From NCBI GenBank assembly GCA_963693365.1, contig CAVNZM010000002.1, positions 9,769,059 to 9,833,058 on the forward strand: a stretch of 64,000 bases of DNA. The letters run 5' to 3'. The stretch comes from Amoebidium appalachense (taxonomy: Eukaryota; Protista; Ichthyosporea). Shown in pieces: positions 1 through 12,727 of this stretch (positions within the stretch are counted from its first letter, which is position 1; every line of letters begins with the position of its first letter). Both the position numbers and the translations under genes were made by a program. The notes below the pieces were generated by a model, which saw only the letters and a list, made by a program, of their open reading frames with translations, had not been told where the DNA came from and made no database searches.

Positions 1-2514
1 CACACATACACAAGGTCATTGTCTATGGTGCAGCGACTAGCTTCCATCGCGATTTCGTTGCCAAATAATTCGTAGCCCGGTGCTTTTTCCAGGTAGGCCC
101 TGACTTTCGCAATGTGTTTATCAGCCTTCTGTGCTGACACATACTGTTCATAGGTGGGCATTCGTCCATCCGCTTTTGGGGGAATAAATTCTGGCGGCGT
201 GGTATTAGGTTTCGTGGGTTCAGCTGGGGGGTGGGTGGGTGGCAGCTTGTGCCTGCGCTGTCGCTGCGGCGGAGCGTGTTACCGCAAACACCGTGGACGA
301 GCCCGAGACTGTGCCGATCAGTGAGGGGTATGTCAGCTCAGTATCTTCGGGTCCTGGTTGCGCATTTTCTTTAGATGGCCGAGAGAGTCCATCAGCATTG
401 CTGTGGTGTTTGCCCGCCCTGTGCTGAATTTCGTATGTGTATGCGGAAAGCGCCATTTGCCAGCCTGCAACAACAGGTTCCGGTGCATCGCCGGTAGACA
501 GAATGCGCGTCAAGCTGGAGTGGTCGGTTCGTAACAAGAAAGGAGCCCCATAGGTGTAAGCGCGAAATGCTTTGCACACAGCCCAATACACACCTAAGGC
601 TTCCCTTTTATTCGCCGCATAATTTCGTTCACTCTTAGAGAGTGTTCTGCTAGCATAAGCTATGGGTCGTTCTTTGCCGTCATCACCTACCTGCGAAATC
701 ACTGCGCCCAGAGCATACTGTGAAGCATCTGAGTCAACAATAAAAGGTTTGGTGAAATCGGGGTGAGCAAGCACAGGTGCATTAATTAACGCATTCTTAA
801 GGGTATCGTATGCTTTCTCCTGTTCCGTACCCCACACCCATGCAGCATTTTTCTGTGCTTTCTTTTTCGTGGCCAAAATAGCTGCAGAATCGGCGTGCAA
901 ATTTTTTGCTTCGTCTTTTCGTTGTTTTGCGCTGCCGTTGCGTTTGGCGGGTTTCGTAGAGGGGGGCATTTTTGCGTGAATTCGTTTTAGTAATTCTGAA
1001 TCCTCCTTCGAGGTGCCCAGCATTCGCGTGAGTGGTTCAGCCGTATGGCTGAAATCGTCCACAAATATTCGATAATATGAAAATAACCCGAGGTCACTTC
1101 GTAGCTCAGATAAATTTTGTGGGTAGCTTTTATTCTTTATTGCTGCCACTTTTTCTGGGTCTACCTTAATACCATCCGGGCATACGCGATGGCCTAAATA
1201 GCCAACTTCTTCCATGAACAAAGAGCATTTTCTGCCTTTCAGTTTTAATCCTGCATCACAGAGCCGGGAAAAACATGAATCTAAATGCCCAAAATGTTCT
1301 TCGATAGTGGGTGACATAACTAATATATCATCGAGATATATGAGTACATGTGTCCACAGCATACCAGCGAATACACGGTTCATCATCCTTGAAAAGACAG
1401 CAGGCATGTTACTTACTCCAAAAGGTGCGCGTGCGAATTGATACTGCCCCCAGGGGGTGGTAAATGCAAGTTTTTCTTTGTCGTTATCGGCTACTTTGAC
1501 TTGGTGGTAACCACCGTTTAAATCAAGTGCGGAAAACACGCGGGCACCTCTGAGCATACCCAGAGCCATGTCAATTCGTGGTAAAGGGTAACCGTCTTTC
1601 TTCGTAATCAAGTTCAGCATTCTAAAATCAATGCAGACTCTTAAAGACCCGTCCTTTTTCGCCACCAACACCATCGGAGCGGAGTAAGGGCTGGACGCAG
1701 GCTCAATCACTCCAAACTCTACCCAATTTTGAATTTGTTTGTGTAGGCTATCGCGAAGGTGATGTGGGATGTTATAGGGCCTGCGGTACTGTGGTATGGT
1801 GGTAGTTACTTCGATCGACAGTTCGTCTAAGGTACTCAAACCAAAGTCGTTGTCGTGTGCAGAGAACACATGCTTCCATTTCTTAAGCAGTTTTCGTATC
1901 CGTTTCGCCAACGGTTTCCGTTGGTCTGGGGGAGTTCCAGGCATGTCGTATTCTTCTGGAGGTTTGACCCCAAAAGGCAAGTCGTCGTCTGTGGCGGCTT
2001 CCCCGTCGGAGGTACATTCGTGCGTACGCTTTCGTAAATTATTCGTATTCTCCAGTGCAGTGGTAGATGGTGCCCCATCTGCTGCTTCGATAGTAGGTGG
2101 CCCTACCTCTGGTTTTGTTCGTGCTGGATTACCAAAACCATTCATTTTCGTGGAACTGCGCTGTGTGGTGTTCTCTTTCGTACTCATATTCATAATTTTA
2201 CTCCGTTCACACACCTTAATACTACCGTTAATATTAGTAGCCGCCTGGAAAGTGTGTGGTTCGTGTTCGGTGGGTTCTTCGGTTGATTCCTGCGAAGAAA
2301 AGTTCGTTTTAGCAGAGGTACCTAATGGATGGCCAGGGTGTGGGGTTGTCGCCCTCCTGGTTCCATTACCGGAGTGTGGACGTGCTAAAAGAGTAACAGT
2401 GTCATCTGATTGCAAGGGAATAAACATGGCCACCTCCGTACCAGGGCCTAGGTACACATGATGGTCCGATGTGTTAGTCAACAACACCTTGCATTCGTAT
2501 TCGTCCTCGATCAC
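1..2514 (-). CDS. pol: Pol reverse transcriptase and RNase H; continues past a frameshift near 225 into the integrase linker
   Basis: RT motifs SPYSAPMVLVAKKDGSLRVCIDFRMLN, PFGVSN and YLDD. RNase H motifs DSDAS, TDH and NADGLSR. Positions 1-219 read open in another frame (YVSAQKADK...DNDLVYV). Confidence 0.95.
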
Positions 2515-3431
2515 ACTTTCTTCGCTAGTGGAGAGGGGGGTTCGTTATTCGAAATTCGAGCTAAACTGGTGACACTGCATGCTGTTGTGTAAGCCCGTGA
2601 ATTAAGTGGACCACATGGAACCACTGTGCCCATACAACAGTCTAAAGTTCGTGGTGGTGGTGCGCCGGCAGCGAGTTTTATTTTACACGTTGCGATATTT
2701 GACGCATCTACCGGGAGGTGAATACCTGTGGTGGTAATTAATACGCGAGAAACAGCTGTCTCCTCCGCACTCCCACGCAACCACCACACCGGAATACTGC
2801 ACCTGCGATTTCCCTTAGCATACATGAACGAAAGTTCTGCAGCACCGTAATCAATTCGTCCCTGTTGTGGCCCCATGAAATCAACACCTAATAAGGCATC
2901 ATATGGTAGATTATCAATCACATGCCATCTGTGCACCACTAGAGCAGATTCGTTGGGAATGGCGAGAGTGAGAGATATACTTCCTTGGCATGTCATTTCG
3001 TTACTTTGTGCATCCAGTACACTAAAATTAGGAACATGCTGAATTCGTTTTCTTGCCACTACAGGGAGAGATTCGTAAAATGCTGTGCTTATACAGCTAT
3101 GGCTAGCACCAGAGTCGACAACTACTGTGACTAGCTTCCCATGCACATACATTCGCGCAAGTGTGGCTGTGCATTTATTTTCGTGGGTTAATGTGCACAC
3201 AGTGGCATTTTCATGCCGTGGTTCTGCAATGGAGGAGTGCACACGGTCAGCAAAATGCACATTTTTCTTTTTGCGCGGGGGCGGGGTGTGCGTGTGCATG
3301 GGGGGGTCAGTACACGGGGGTAACTGTTCGTGGGGGGGTGGGGCACATGCAGATTCGTGGGAGGGCTCCGAGACAACAGAAATTTCCGCACCAGTAGATT
3401 TATTTTGCAATTTTCTGCCAGAGGGGAACAC
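2511..3431 (-). CDS. pol: Aspartic protease region of pol
   Basis: Active-site motif VVVDSGASHSCIS and the downstream ALLGVDFM motif. Joins the RT ORF through a frameshift at the G-run near 2535-2540. Confidence 0.9.
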   Translation of the reverse strand: MFPSGRKLQNKSTGAEISVVSEPSHESACAPPPHEQLPPCTDPPMHTHTPPPRKKKNVHFADRVHSSIAEPRHENATVCTLTHENKCTATLARMYVHGKLVTVVVDSGASHSCISTAFYESLPVVARKRIQHVPNFSVLDAQSNEMTCQGSISLTLAIPNESALVVHRWHVIDNLPYDALLGVDFMGPQQGRIDYGAAELSFMYAKGNRRCSIPVWWLRGSAEETAVSRVLITTTGIHLPVDASNIATCKIKLAAGAPPPRTLDCCMGTVVPCGPLNSRAYTTACSVTSLARISNNEPPSPLAKKV

Positions 3432-3502
3432 AGTTCCAGCTCTGCTATTAAATCAAATACATTATGTTCTACTGGGGAGAGACCAGTCCCTTGCCCGCCT
3501 TC

Positions 3503-5505
3503 CTATTCTACACGTGCTCTCTTGAACTTGGCCCGATTAGCCTCAATCTCTGCCTTGCGGGTTCCCTTCTTAAAGTTGGGGTCGTACTTGGGGCAAATTG
3601 GTGACCCCCCAAAGTGCCCCTTCTGCTTGCAGGAGTGGCATTCGAATTTGAGGGCCGGGCACGTCTTGCCTTCGGCGTGGCTGCCGTACTTGCACCCACG
3701 GTTGCAGGGGGTGGTGCCCATGCGCGAAAAAATAGACGGCTTCTCGCTGGCACCAGATCCACCACCGGGTTGCTGTTTTGTGGGGGGTTTCTGTGTTAGA
3801 ATGGTGGATGGGGTTCGTGTGTGCCTGTCTCTTTCTTTTTCTGCGAGATAGGCAACAACTCCAGACAGGGTCAATTCTTCTTCTTTTCGTGTTTGTCTGA
3901 GTTGATATTTGCGAAATTCTTGTTCGTCTTCCCCACCCAATCGGTGAGACAAATCCAAAATTTGGTGTGCCTCAGACTTAAGGGGGTACACACGTGCCCA
4001 CAAACGCGCATGCCTGCTTGCAAATTCGGCCACCTTTTGCTTGCCTTGTTTGAGTGCATTTAATTCGGCACTGAGTGCCTCTTGCACACGCTGGTCGTGA
4101 AATTTCGTAACTAGTGCATGTGCAAATGCATCAAACGTGAGTTCTCCCTGTGTCCTGGTAAAATTCGTGTACCACACACGGGCGGGGGAAGCAAGAGGAA
4201 AGCACTGCACCGCCCAGCGAACAGCAAGTGTGGGGGGACCCCTGCAATGCAAAACATCTGCTGGGAAAATTCGTGCAGCCATTCAATCACCGTGCATTTA
4301 TCCTGCAAGTCACCCTTGTATTCTGGTAGTTTCAATGCAGCCAAGATGGGGCCGTATTCGGATGCATGCAACTGGCGGAGAGGGTGCAACCACAGTTTTT
4401 CGTGCTCTGCAAAGTGCTTGTTCAATATAGACCCAGCCTTACCTCCTGAGCCTGTGCTGACATCAGAGCCTCTCGGGCGACTTGGCGTGCCTGCCAGTCC
4501 ACCTGCAGACTGGGCCAGAGGGGATCCTGCAAGGGGGATTTCGTTAAATACGGGTGCTTTAGGCTGGTCGAAGTGATCTTCTTCATGCACTTTCGCAGTC
4601 ATGTGTTCGTTTTCGTTTGTGGGTGTGTCTTCGTAACTTTGTTCGTGTTTTTCTTCATTTTCAGCATCAGAATCAGTGTAGCTGAGTGTGCGCGCAAGCA
4701 CATCCTTATATGTAAATTTAGTGGGGGGTGCGGGAGGTGCAATTACCTTGGGATCAGTGCACCCAGATGGGACCGGGGACAAAGGCTTCTTGCCTGTGGT
4801 GGGTGGGGGAGGACGGGGGGTGGTGGGCACCGTCGTATTTTTCACACGTGCCTCAGCCACCAACTGTGCTTCCCGCTCCAACTCAGACCATTTTGCGGAC
4901 GTGCACAACATTCTAGACAGTGTGGTGTCTTCCATCTGCGAAATCTCACTGTAAATCTGCGCGACATCAGCTTCGAGGTCCATCACAGGCCGCCCAGCAT
5001 CGATTGCAGTTTGAATGGCACGTCTCAGAGTTTCAATACGATAGAACTTGGAGAGAACACGGCCCCGCACCTCTGCCAGAGCTGTGGCAGTGTCCCGGTC
5101 TTGTTTCGTTTTTTCCTTCGTTGCTACTTGAAGTTCGTTCGTGTGTTTGTTGGTGTTCGTGTGTTCGTTGGTGTTCGTATGTTCGTTGGTTTTCGTGTGT
5201 TCGTTGCGCTTCGTTTTGTCTTTGGGTTTCGTGCTTTCGTTGGGCTTCGTTTGTTCGTTGCCAGTGGGCTTCGTAGTTGCCTTTGTGTTCGTGTGTGTGT
5301 TGGGTTTTGTGATCGTGTTCGGTTTCTGGGGAGCACGAGGCTGTGTAGGGGGAGGGGTGGGGAGTGTTTTCGTGCCCTGCCCCGGAGTCTTGGCTTTCTT
5401 CTGCGTTGGGGGCGGCGGTTTGACTGCGGTAGGCTTCTTGGTGTCACGTGTCAGTTTGCTTTCATTGTCCGAGAGTACAGGGTAGTCGTCAAATTCGCCC
5501 GCCAT
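3503..5505 (-). CDS. gag: Gag with a long N-terminal extension; two ORFs joined by a frameshift at the G-run near 4232-4237
   Basis: Retrotrans_gag-like segment (ARVWYTNF...TFDAFAHALVTKF...LNALKQGKQKVAEFASR) and a zinc knuckle CHSCKQKGHFGGSPIC. Confidence 0.85.
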
Positions 5506-5545
5506 GGTTGAAGAGATTCTTGAAAGATGTGAGATTCTGGAACTG

Positions 5546-5556
5546 CGCGGTCGCCA
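5546..5556 (-). promoter_or_regulatory. Primer binding site TGGCGACCGCG, probably for tRNA-Arg(UCG)
   Basis: Starts 1 nt after the LTR end CA on the minus strand and begins TGG. It is complementary to a tRNA 3' end ...CGCGGTCGCCA. The tRNA identity is inferred from recalled eukaryotic tRNA-Arg(UCG) ends. Confidence 0.7.
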
Positions 5557-5557
5557 A

Positions 5558-6167
5558 TGTAAACAGTTGAACTAGTTGGGATAAGGCAGAGAACAACTGA
5601 ATCAGAATAAAGACAGAGAACGGGTAGTAAGGCACACGCGGCCAGGTTACTATTTAATGTGCTCGTTCAGAGTGATCCCCCGTACTGGGACGGCTTGTTT
5701 ATATAGCCCCCAGGTTCCGGATCATCTGGATGGGCGGCATTGATGCCTTCGTGACTTCTGACCAGTCAGAAGAGTGCGGTCGTCTTTATGTGCACACAGT
5801 GCACCAATAACATGAAGCTAACTAAAAGGATAACTTTGTGGCAAATGATTGGTCAATACTTAAGCCCGTTTAGGTTTATGCAACTGGGTCTGATTTCCTT
5901 ATTGGTTCCGTTCGTTTAGCTATAGATGTCGCCTCCGTAGTGGATGAGACTTGCATTCCTATCCTAGCGGTTCTCGAATTCTATTGGTTCATACTGACTG
6001 CACGGCCACTGCATATTGCCGGCGCCGCGGCTCAGTCGTGAGCCGCAGCCCGCGGCTGTCGCGTGTGATATTGATCTGATCATATGTACACAATATCTAC
6101 GTGATCACTATGATATGTACAGTATATTCGTAATAGTAAACATGTACGGCGTGTACAGATGTTTACA
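5558..6167 (-). repeat. 5' LTR of the gypsy element (610 bp)
   Basis: Termini TGTAAACA...TGTTTACA form an 8-bp inverted repeat. It abuts the PBS and is homologous to the solo LTR at 6640-7127. Confidence 0.92.
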
Positions 6168-6435
6168 CCCTCCCTTTATTTCCTGTTCCGCTGTTGGGTC
6201 TCGGTTGTCGTTTCAAGTCTCCAAGACGTAGTTGTAGGTTTAATAGGAAGTGGATTTTATTTCAGATCGCAAACAGAGCTATAGAATCAATCAATGCTTT
6301 GTATAATTGTTGGAATATGTCACTACGTAGGACAGCAAGAGTCTTGAAGTATGTACGTGTCTTAGCCTTGTTTGTATTCGTGTCTGCACTTCTTCTTTGT
6401 GCTCTCCCCCCTCTCTCCCTTTTCTCTTTTCTTTC

Positions 6436-6502
<67 letters not shown>

Positions 6503-6639
6503 CTCTCTCTCTCCCTTGTTTCTGTGTGCACAGATATCTGTAGATCTGTGCACACTGAGTGGCTCTCCTGCCTGATAGAACTTATTGTATTTTATTTGTG
6601 TTTGCTCTCCTCTGTTTATCTGTGAGGTAGCGTGATTGG

Positions 6640-7127
6640 TGTAAACAGTTGGACTGGGTAGGATAAGGCGGAGTACAACTGAATAAAAATAAAGACAGAG
6701 AACGGGTAGAAAGGCACTCGCGGCCAGGTTGCTTTTACTATGGGCCGACTCAGTCTGTCTCAGACTTCACTGATGTGATCCCCATACTGGGACGGCTTTG
6801 TTATATAGCCCCCAGGTTTCGGATCAAGGCCCAGGATTGGTTCATCCGCGGCCAGCGCGGGTGGCAACATGCCATTCGTGATTCTGGTGCGGTCCGAGCC
6901 AGTCAGACCTTTGTCCTATTTATGCAAACCTCTTATTGGTTCACTTCGTTTATGTGGTATGCAGCGGAAGAACCAGATATGGTTCACTTCTTAGGTAAGA
7001 GACTCAGTGATTCCTATTGGCGCGGACATAATATTTATGTGACATTCATGACAAAGCACGAATCGTGTGCTATCAGTTCACATTCTTTAGTAATGGCATG
7101 TACAGTTCATGTGTACAGTTGTTTACA
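6640..7127 (-). mobile_element. Solo LTR (488 bp) related to the gypsy LTR at 5558-6167
   Basis: TGTAAACA...TGTTTACA termini and a perfect 5-bp TSD ATTGG (6635-6639 and 7128-7132). Shares long blocks with 5558-5760, e.g. aataaagacagagaacgggtag and tactgggacggct. Confidence 0.93.
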
Positions 7128-7589
7128 ATTGGCTAGCTACATTCGTTGTCTGAGAGGTAGCGTGATTGGCTAGCTACATTCGTTGTCTTTGTTTTATTTC
7201 AAAGAGGTTTCGTTTTAGTTCACAATAAGATGACTCGCCAATGGTCGCGAGCGAGTACATCTATAGATCGTGTTGTGCATTCCTGTCTATTAATATACGT
7301 GTTATGATTGGACACAATAGAGATGTATGGAATTCGGTTTATCGTAATGTGTCTTCACTTTGAGAGTGTCGGCTATTAGGAAATATATGTATTTGAATGA
7401 GTTTCTTTATAAAGACGAGTATAAATATATATGTGTATTAATAGTGACAAGATGTATAATTACTTAAGTTATTTATGTAAGAGTTTCTAAGCTTTAGTTA
7501 GGTCGGAAGTTGGAATGTGTATGCTCTGTCGGAATGTGTTTTTCTATCATCTGATAGAACCGACTGGTTCTCCCCCTTTAGTTGAGATA

Positions 7590-7962
7590 AGATGATAAGT
7601 TGCAAGTACAAAAAGAACCGAGAGCACAATAAAGGATCAGTTGTTGTTTGATATCTTTCATGTGTCGAGAACAACTCCGATTGCCCTCTCTTTATTGTGT
7701 TAGTCGTGTTTTACATGACACCTCTGTGCACTCTGCTTCCTTAGACCCGTACAAAACAACAGGTTATGGGCCCAGCACGCTTCCACTGCGAGATGATAAG
7801 TCGCAAGTACAAAAAGAACCGAGAGCACAATAAAGGATCAGTTGTTGTTTGATATCTTTCATGTGTCGAGAACAACTCCGATTGCCCTCTCTTTATTGTG
7901 TTAGTTGTGTTTTACATGACACCTCTGTGCACTCTGCTTCCTTAGACCCGTACAAAACAACA
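7590..7962 (+). repeat. Near-identical 172-bp direct repeat (7590-7761 and 7791-7962) with a 29-nt spacer
   Basis: Direct reading of the two copies shows only a couple of substitutions. Confidence 0.95.
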
Positions 7963-8170
7963 ATATTAATGAGCCGCCTAGCTCGTTAGGCTCTCCTAGG
8001 GATGATGTTCGGCAACATATGCACCACGCCTCTACCTCAGCACACACACACATTTCCACCACAGCTCCTCTCTTTTCCATGCACTTTTTTCCCACACCTC
8101 CTCCTAAATCCACGCACTTTTCCCATGCACCCACGCCAACACAAGAAAAAGCTATGTTTCACATTCTTTC

Positions 8171-10571
8171 TTGCTCAGATATATGCGCCGCAGGATCAGC
8201 AATGTCCCCTTAGCGGCCGTTTCTGATTCTTTTCCATACTTTAACCATACTAAAGCTTTCACCCCCATAGTTGCTGAACGAATGGCCCTTCCCCCTCCGG
8301 GATTTGGTGCAACTGTCCCTCTCCTTTCGGTCCTTCCCCCTGACCTGAGGGTGTTGCTGGAGACACCTGATGCATTGGTGGTGTCAGAGTTGAGTGAGGG
8401 TCACGGTGAGAGTGGGTCTGAGCCCACTGCGACCGACTCGGAGGAGTCGCCCGTGCACAGAGCTTGCGGGATGGGGCAGAGGGCGACTGAGAGCACCACT
8501 GAGGGTGCAGAGGAATCCCACCCCACTCCCGGGCGTCCTGTCTTTGCCTTCTCGTCACCAGATGAGTGGCCCCTATTAGCCAAGCGAATGTTTGATTGTG
8601 GCATGATTGCTTTTTCGGAATCCGATGAGCCCCCGAAAGTCATAAATGGTTTGTTTGCAGTTGAAAAGGATGAGAATGAAGATCGTCTTATTATGGATGC
8701 CCGTCCTATTGAATGCAGTTATGGTTGATCTTCCCAATCCCCTTTTTCCCAGCCCGTCGGATTTGTGTAGCATCATCATCCCTAAAAGTTCCGTCCTGGT
8801 TGTAGCCAAGTATGATTTTTCAAATTTCTATCATCGGCTTCGGGTTCCAGAGTGGTTGTCGTGGTATCAAGGCCTCCCCCCGGTCTCCTCCAAGGCGGTG
8901 GGGTTGCCTGGCTTGGATCGGTTGGTGTTCCCACGTGTTTTGTCGATGCCGATAAGGTGGAAATGGGCCCCGTTTCTTGCCCAGAGGTCTCACGATTTCA
9001 TGATCCACCCTCCTCTTCGGGTCGACAGATGCATCCGATGGGTGGTGAGGGTGTAACCCATCCGATCAAATTTTCCGTCGGCACATTCCATGAGCAACCA
9101 ATCGGATTCCGTTCATTTGACCTGTGTTGATGATTGGGTGGGGATAGGGTTCGAAGAATCTAGGGTAATTCGGAGATGACGGCAGCGGGGCTAGCAGGCG
9201 AGGAAAACGGATTCGAAATCAAGCCGTCAAAGACGGTGCGAGCAGCCCGAACTACACCCGAGACGGTGGCACTCGGTCTCGCCATTGGGTCCGACGGTAA
9301 AACTCGACCCGAATCTTCTAAGCTAGCCAAGCTTCTGGCTGACACTGAAGTCGTTTTACGCCTGCAAGCAGTGTCTCCACGAAATTTATCCCGGTTGTTG
9401 GGGGGCTGGGCTTGGTTGTTACTGTTGAATAGGTGCCTTTTCTCGGTGTTGGAATCTTGCTACGAGTTTGTTTACTCCAATGCCACCACGCCACTGACAG
9501 ATCTTACTATTCCCCTCGCAGTTAAGGTCGAAATGTCTATGTTGATTGCATTATCTCCCTTGGTGGTGTGTGATCTGTCGGCTCAGCCAGCCTCTGTAGT
9601 GCTGGCCTCGGATGCGTCCATGACTGGCGCAGGGGTGTCGGTTGCCAATGTCACGGTCGAGCAATCGTTATTGGCGCTGTCCCAGTCCATCTCGTAACCG
9701 GGGTATTCCTTTCTTTCCCTCGACGGGCACGACACGAAGGCCGGCGACCCTCGTTATATGCCGTCATCGGTCGAGCGCAGCGATGTTTATGTTGCAAATG
9801 AAATTGAAGAGCCCACCTCCGTTCCCCAGTCACTCGAGCCGGAGCCCCCAGCATGCGTCGCTAGCTTGTTGGATATGGTGGATGGCTTGCAGTGGCACCA
9901 TCCCATTTCCGCACGGTGGCAGCACACAGATCACATCACCATATTAGAGGGACACGCGTTGCTTTTGTCACTTCGCCGTTTTGTACGAGCTCCACGTAAT
10001 CATCACACACGTGTCGCACATCTGATTGACAACACAGCGTTGGTGTATGCTGTGGCGAAGGGGAGATCAAGCTCTCGGCGCCTGAACCACCTCTGTAGAA
10101 GAGTGGCAGCTCTCCTGTGCGCAGCATCAGTGCGTCCATCCTGGGTGTGGGTGCCGTCAGCACATAACCCCGCGGATGAACCGTCACGCGCAATCGTTCC
10201 GAGTCCCAGGGTGGCACGGGTATTGAACATCGACAGACAATCAGCTATCATCCGTCATTATGATAGGGTGCTAGACCAATTTGTTGGCTGGTGTAAGACT
10301 ACTCGGGGTATCGACCGGTGCGAAAATGTCTAGGTTATTGATGAGCTTCTAAGCAGTTATGCTGCAGAGCTGTATTATGATCCAAGACCTTCACGGCTAC
10401 ACGATGGGCTGGCCCCACTGTCGAACGGTTTTGGCGGCCATTCACCACTTCTATCCAACTTGGTACTATATGGATGCGTTTGTCAGAACCGAGGATGCAC
10501 TCAGTGTGTGGGAATCAGAATTACATAGTGCTAATTATTATTTTCCTACACATACGGCCAAGCCCGGGTGA
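8171..10571 (+). mobile_element. Decayed tyrosine-recombinase (DIRS-order) retrotransposon: RT, RNase H and N-terminal part of the recombinase
   Basis: RT motifs GLFAVEK..RLIMDAR, DFSNFYH, MP.RW.WAPFLAQ and CVDD (9123-9134, degenerate YxDD). DIRS-type RNase H motifs SDASMTGAG, HITILE, IDNT, KGRSSS and WVPSAHNPADEPSR. Then an integrase-N-like helical region (YDRVLDQFVGWC). In-frame stops at 9695 and 10331 plus frameshifts. Confidence 0.8.
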
Positions 10572-10712
10572 GTACACTGTAGAGCTCAGAAACACAAAGG
10601 AATTCACAAAGCCTTAAGACTATCACAAAAGCAAGTTAGGTAGATTTGGATAGATGAAGGGGTGTCCTTGGCCATTGCGCGTTAGGGACACTGTTTCCTT
10701 CTTTAGGGTAGG

Positions 10713-11842
<1,130 letters not shown>

Positions 11843-12011
11843 ATCAACAATGTGAAAAGTGTTTAAATGTCATACCTTCACCGTTGAGAAGCACGAAGCA
11901 TGATTGAGTTGACGGCAGTGACGGCACTCGTCTGACTCGTGATCAGCGCCGAAACGTGTTTGCCCGTTTTGTTAGCAGTTGTGTGCGAAGCTCCGTGACA
12001 ACAACAGAAAC

Positions 12012-12727
12012 ATGGCTGCCTCTCTCACCTCTTTTGTCTGTGTGCTGCTTGCATCCGCGGCTGTCGTGAACGCCAGGGTGCCCCCCTCGTGGCAGCACGG
12101 AAGAAGGCGGCGCGGGGTTACGGCGACTGGGACGCAAAGAGTGTCTGGGCGGTGCCGCAAGCGATGATAATGGACCAGTGCAGATGGAAGTGCCACGAAG
12201 ATGGCAAAAAGGACTGTAGCTACTGCTACCCCAGCAAAAACTGGAAGGCGGCCTTCGATTCTGAAGGCTCGCCCGAGCGTGATAACTTCAAGTTGGCTGC
12301 GGCACGGCCGTACAACGTCGTCGACGTTGAGGCCAAAGGGATTTACGACGACTGCATGCAAAAGTGCCAGGCAGGCGGGTTCAAAAACTGCAACATAATC
12401 TGCTACCCGGCCAATCATAAGAGCAAAAAGACGGCCTACCATGTAGTGAAGAGGTTAGAGCGGCCGCCGCTCAACCCTGGGGCCAACCCCGTTGCAAAAT
12501 CAATGCCACCGGGCCACCGGTTCACAAGCATGTATGCAGAGTGCTTGAAGAGATGCAGGGCCTTTGGCGACGAAGACTGCAACTACTGCTACTCAGATGA
12601 TCTCTATTATAACCCCGAGGATATAAGTAATAAAGTTGGATTTTACCCTTTAATTATGCACCCGCGGGCCGGACTGCAGCCTTATCTGCTACTGATAGTA
12701 GTGGAGTGTCTAGCGCGTTCAGGTTAA
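12012..12727 (+). CDS. Secreted multi-core cysteine-rich peptide precursor, paralog 1 (3 four-Cys cores); one frameshift near 12099, C-terminus uncertain
   Basis: Signal peptide MAASLTSFVCVLLASAAVVNA. Cores CRWKCHEDGKKDCSYCY, CMQKCQAGGFKNCNIICY and CLKRCRAFGDEDCNYCY. Clear DNA-level homology to the gene starting at 16816. Confidence 0.8.

Larger units (their letters stand above)
1..6167 (-). mobile_element. Ty3/gypsy LTR retrotransposon, 5' part (5' LTR, PBS, gag, protease, RT, RNase H); integrase and 3' LTR lie beyond the window start
   Basis: Domain order gag-PR-RT-RH with integrase not yet reached is gypsy-type. LTR 5558-6167 is followed on the minus strand by the PBS and the gag ATG at 5505. 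Confidence 0.95.
6308..7962 (+). mobile_element. Ty1/copia-like LTR (6308-7761) followed by a tRNAiMet-derived segment (7762-7790) and a duplicate of the LTR 3' end (7791-7962); no internal coding domain
   Basis: Starts TGTTGGAATA and ends CAACA (5-bp inverted repeat). Followed by GGTTATGGGCCCAG, the copia-type half-tRNAiMet PBS. Flanks ATAAT/ATATT are a near-match 5-bp TSD. The 5' boundary is less certain than the 3' boundary. Confidence 0.7.

Noticed and set aside
7762-7790. tRNA-Met gene
   Set aside because: Only 29 nt of the 5' half, antisense and abutting an LTR end; it is a primer-derived copy.
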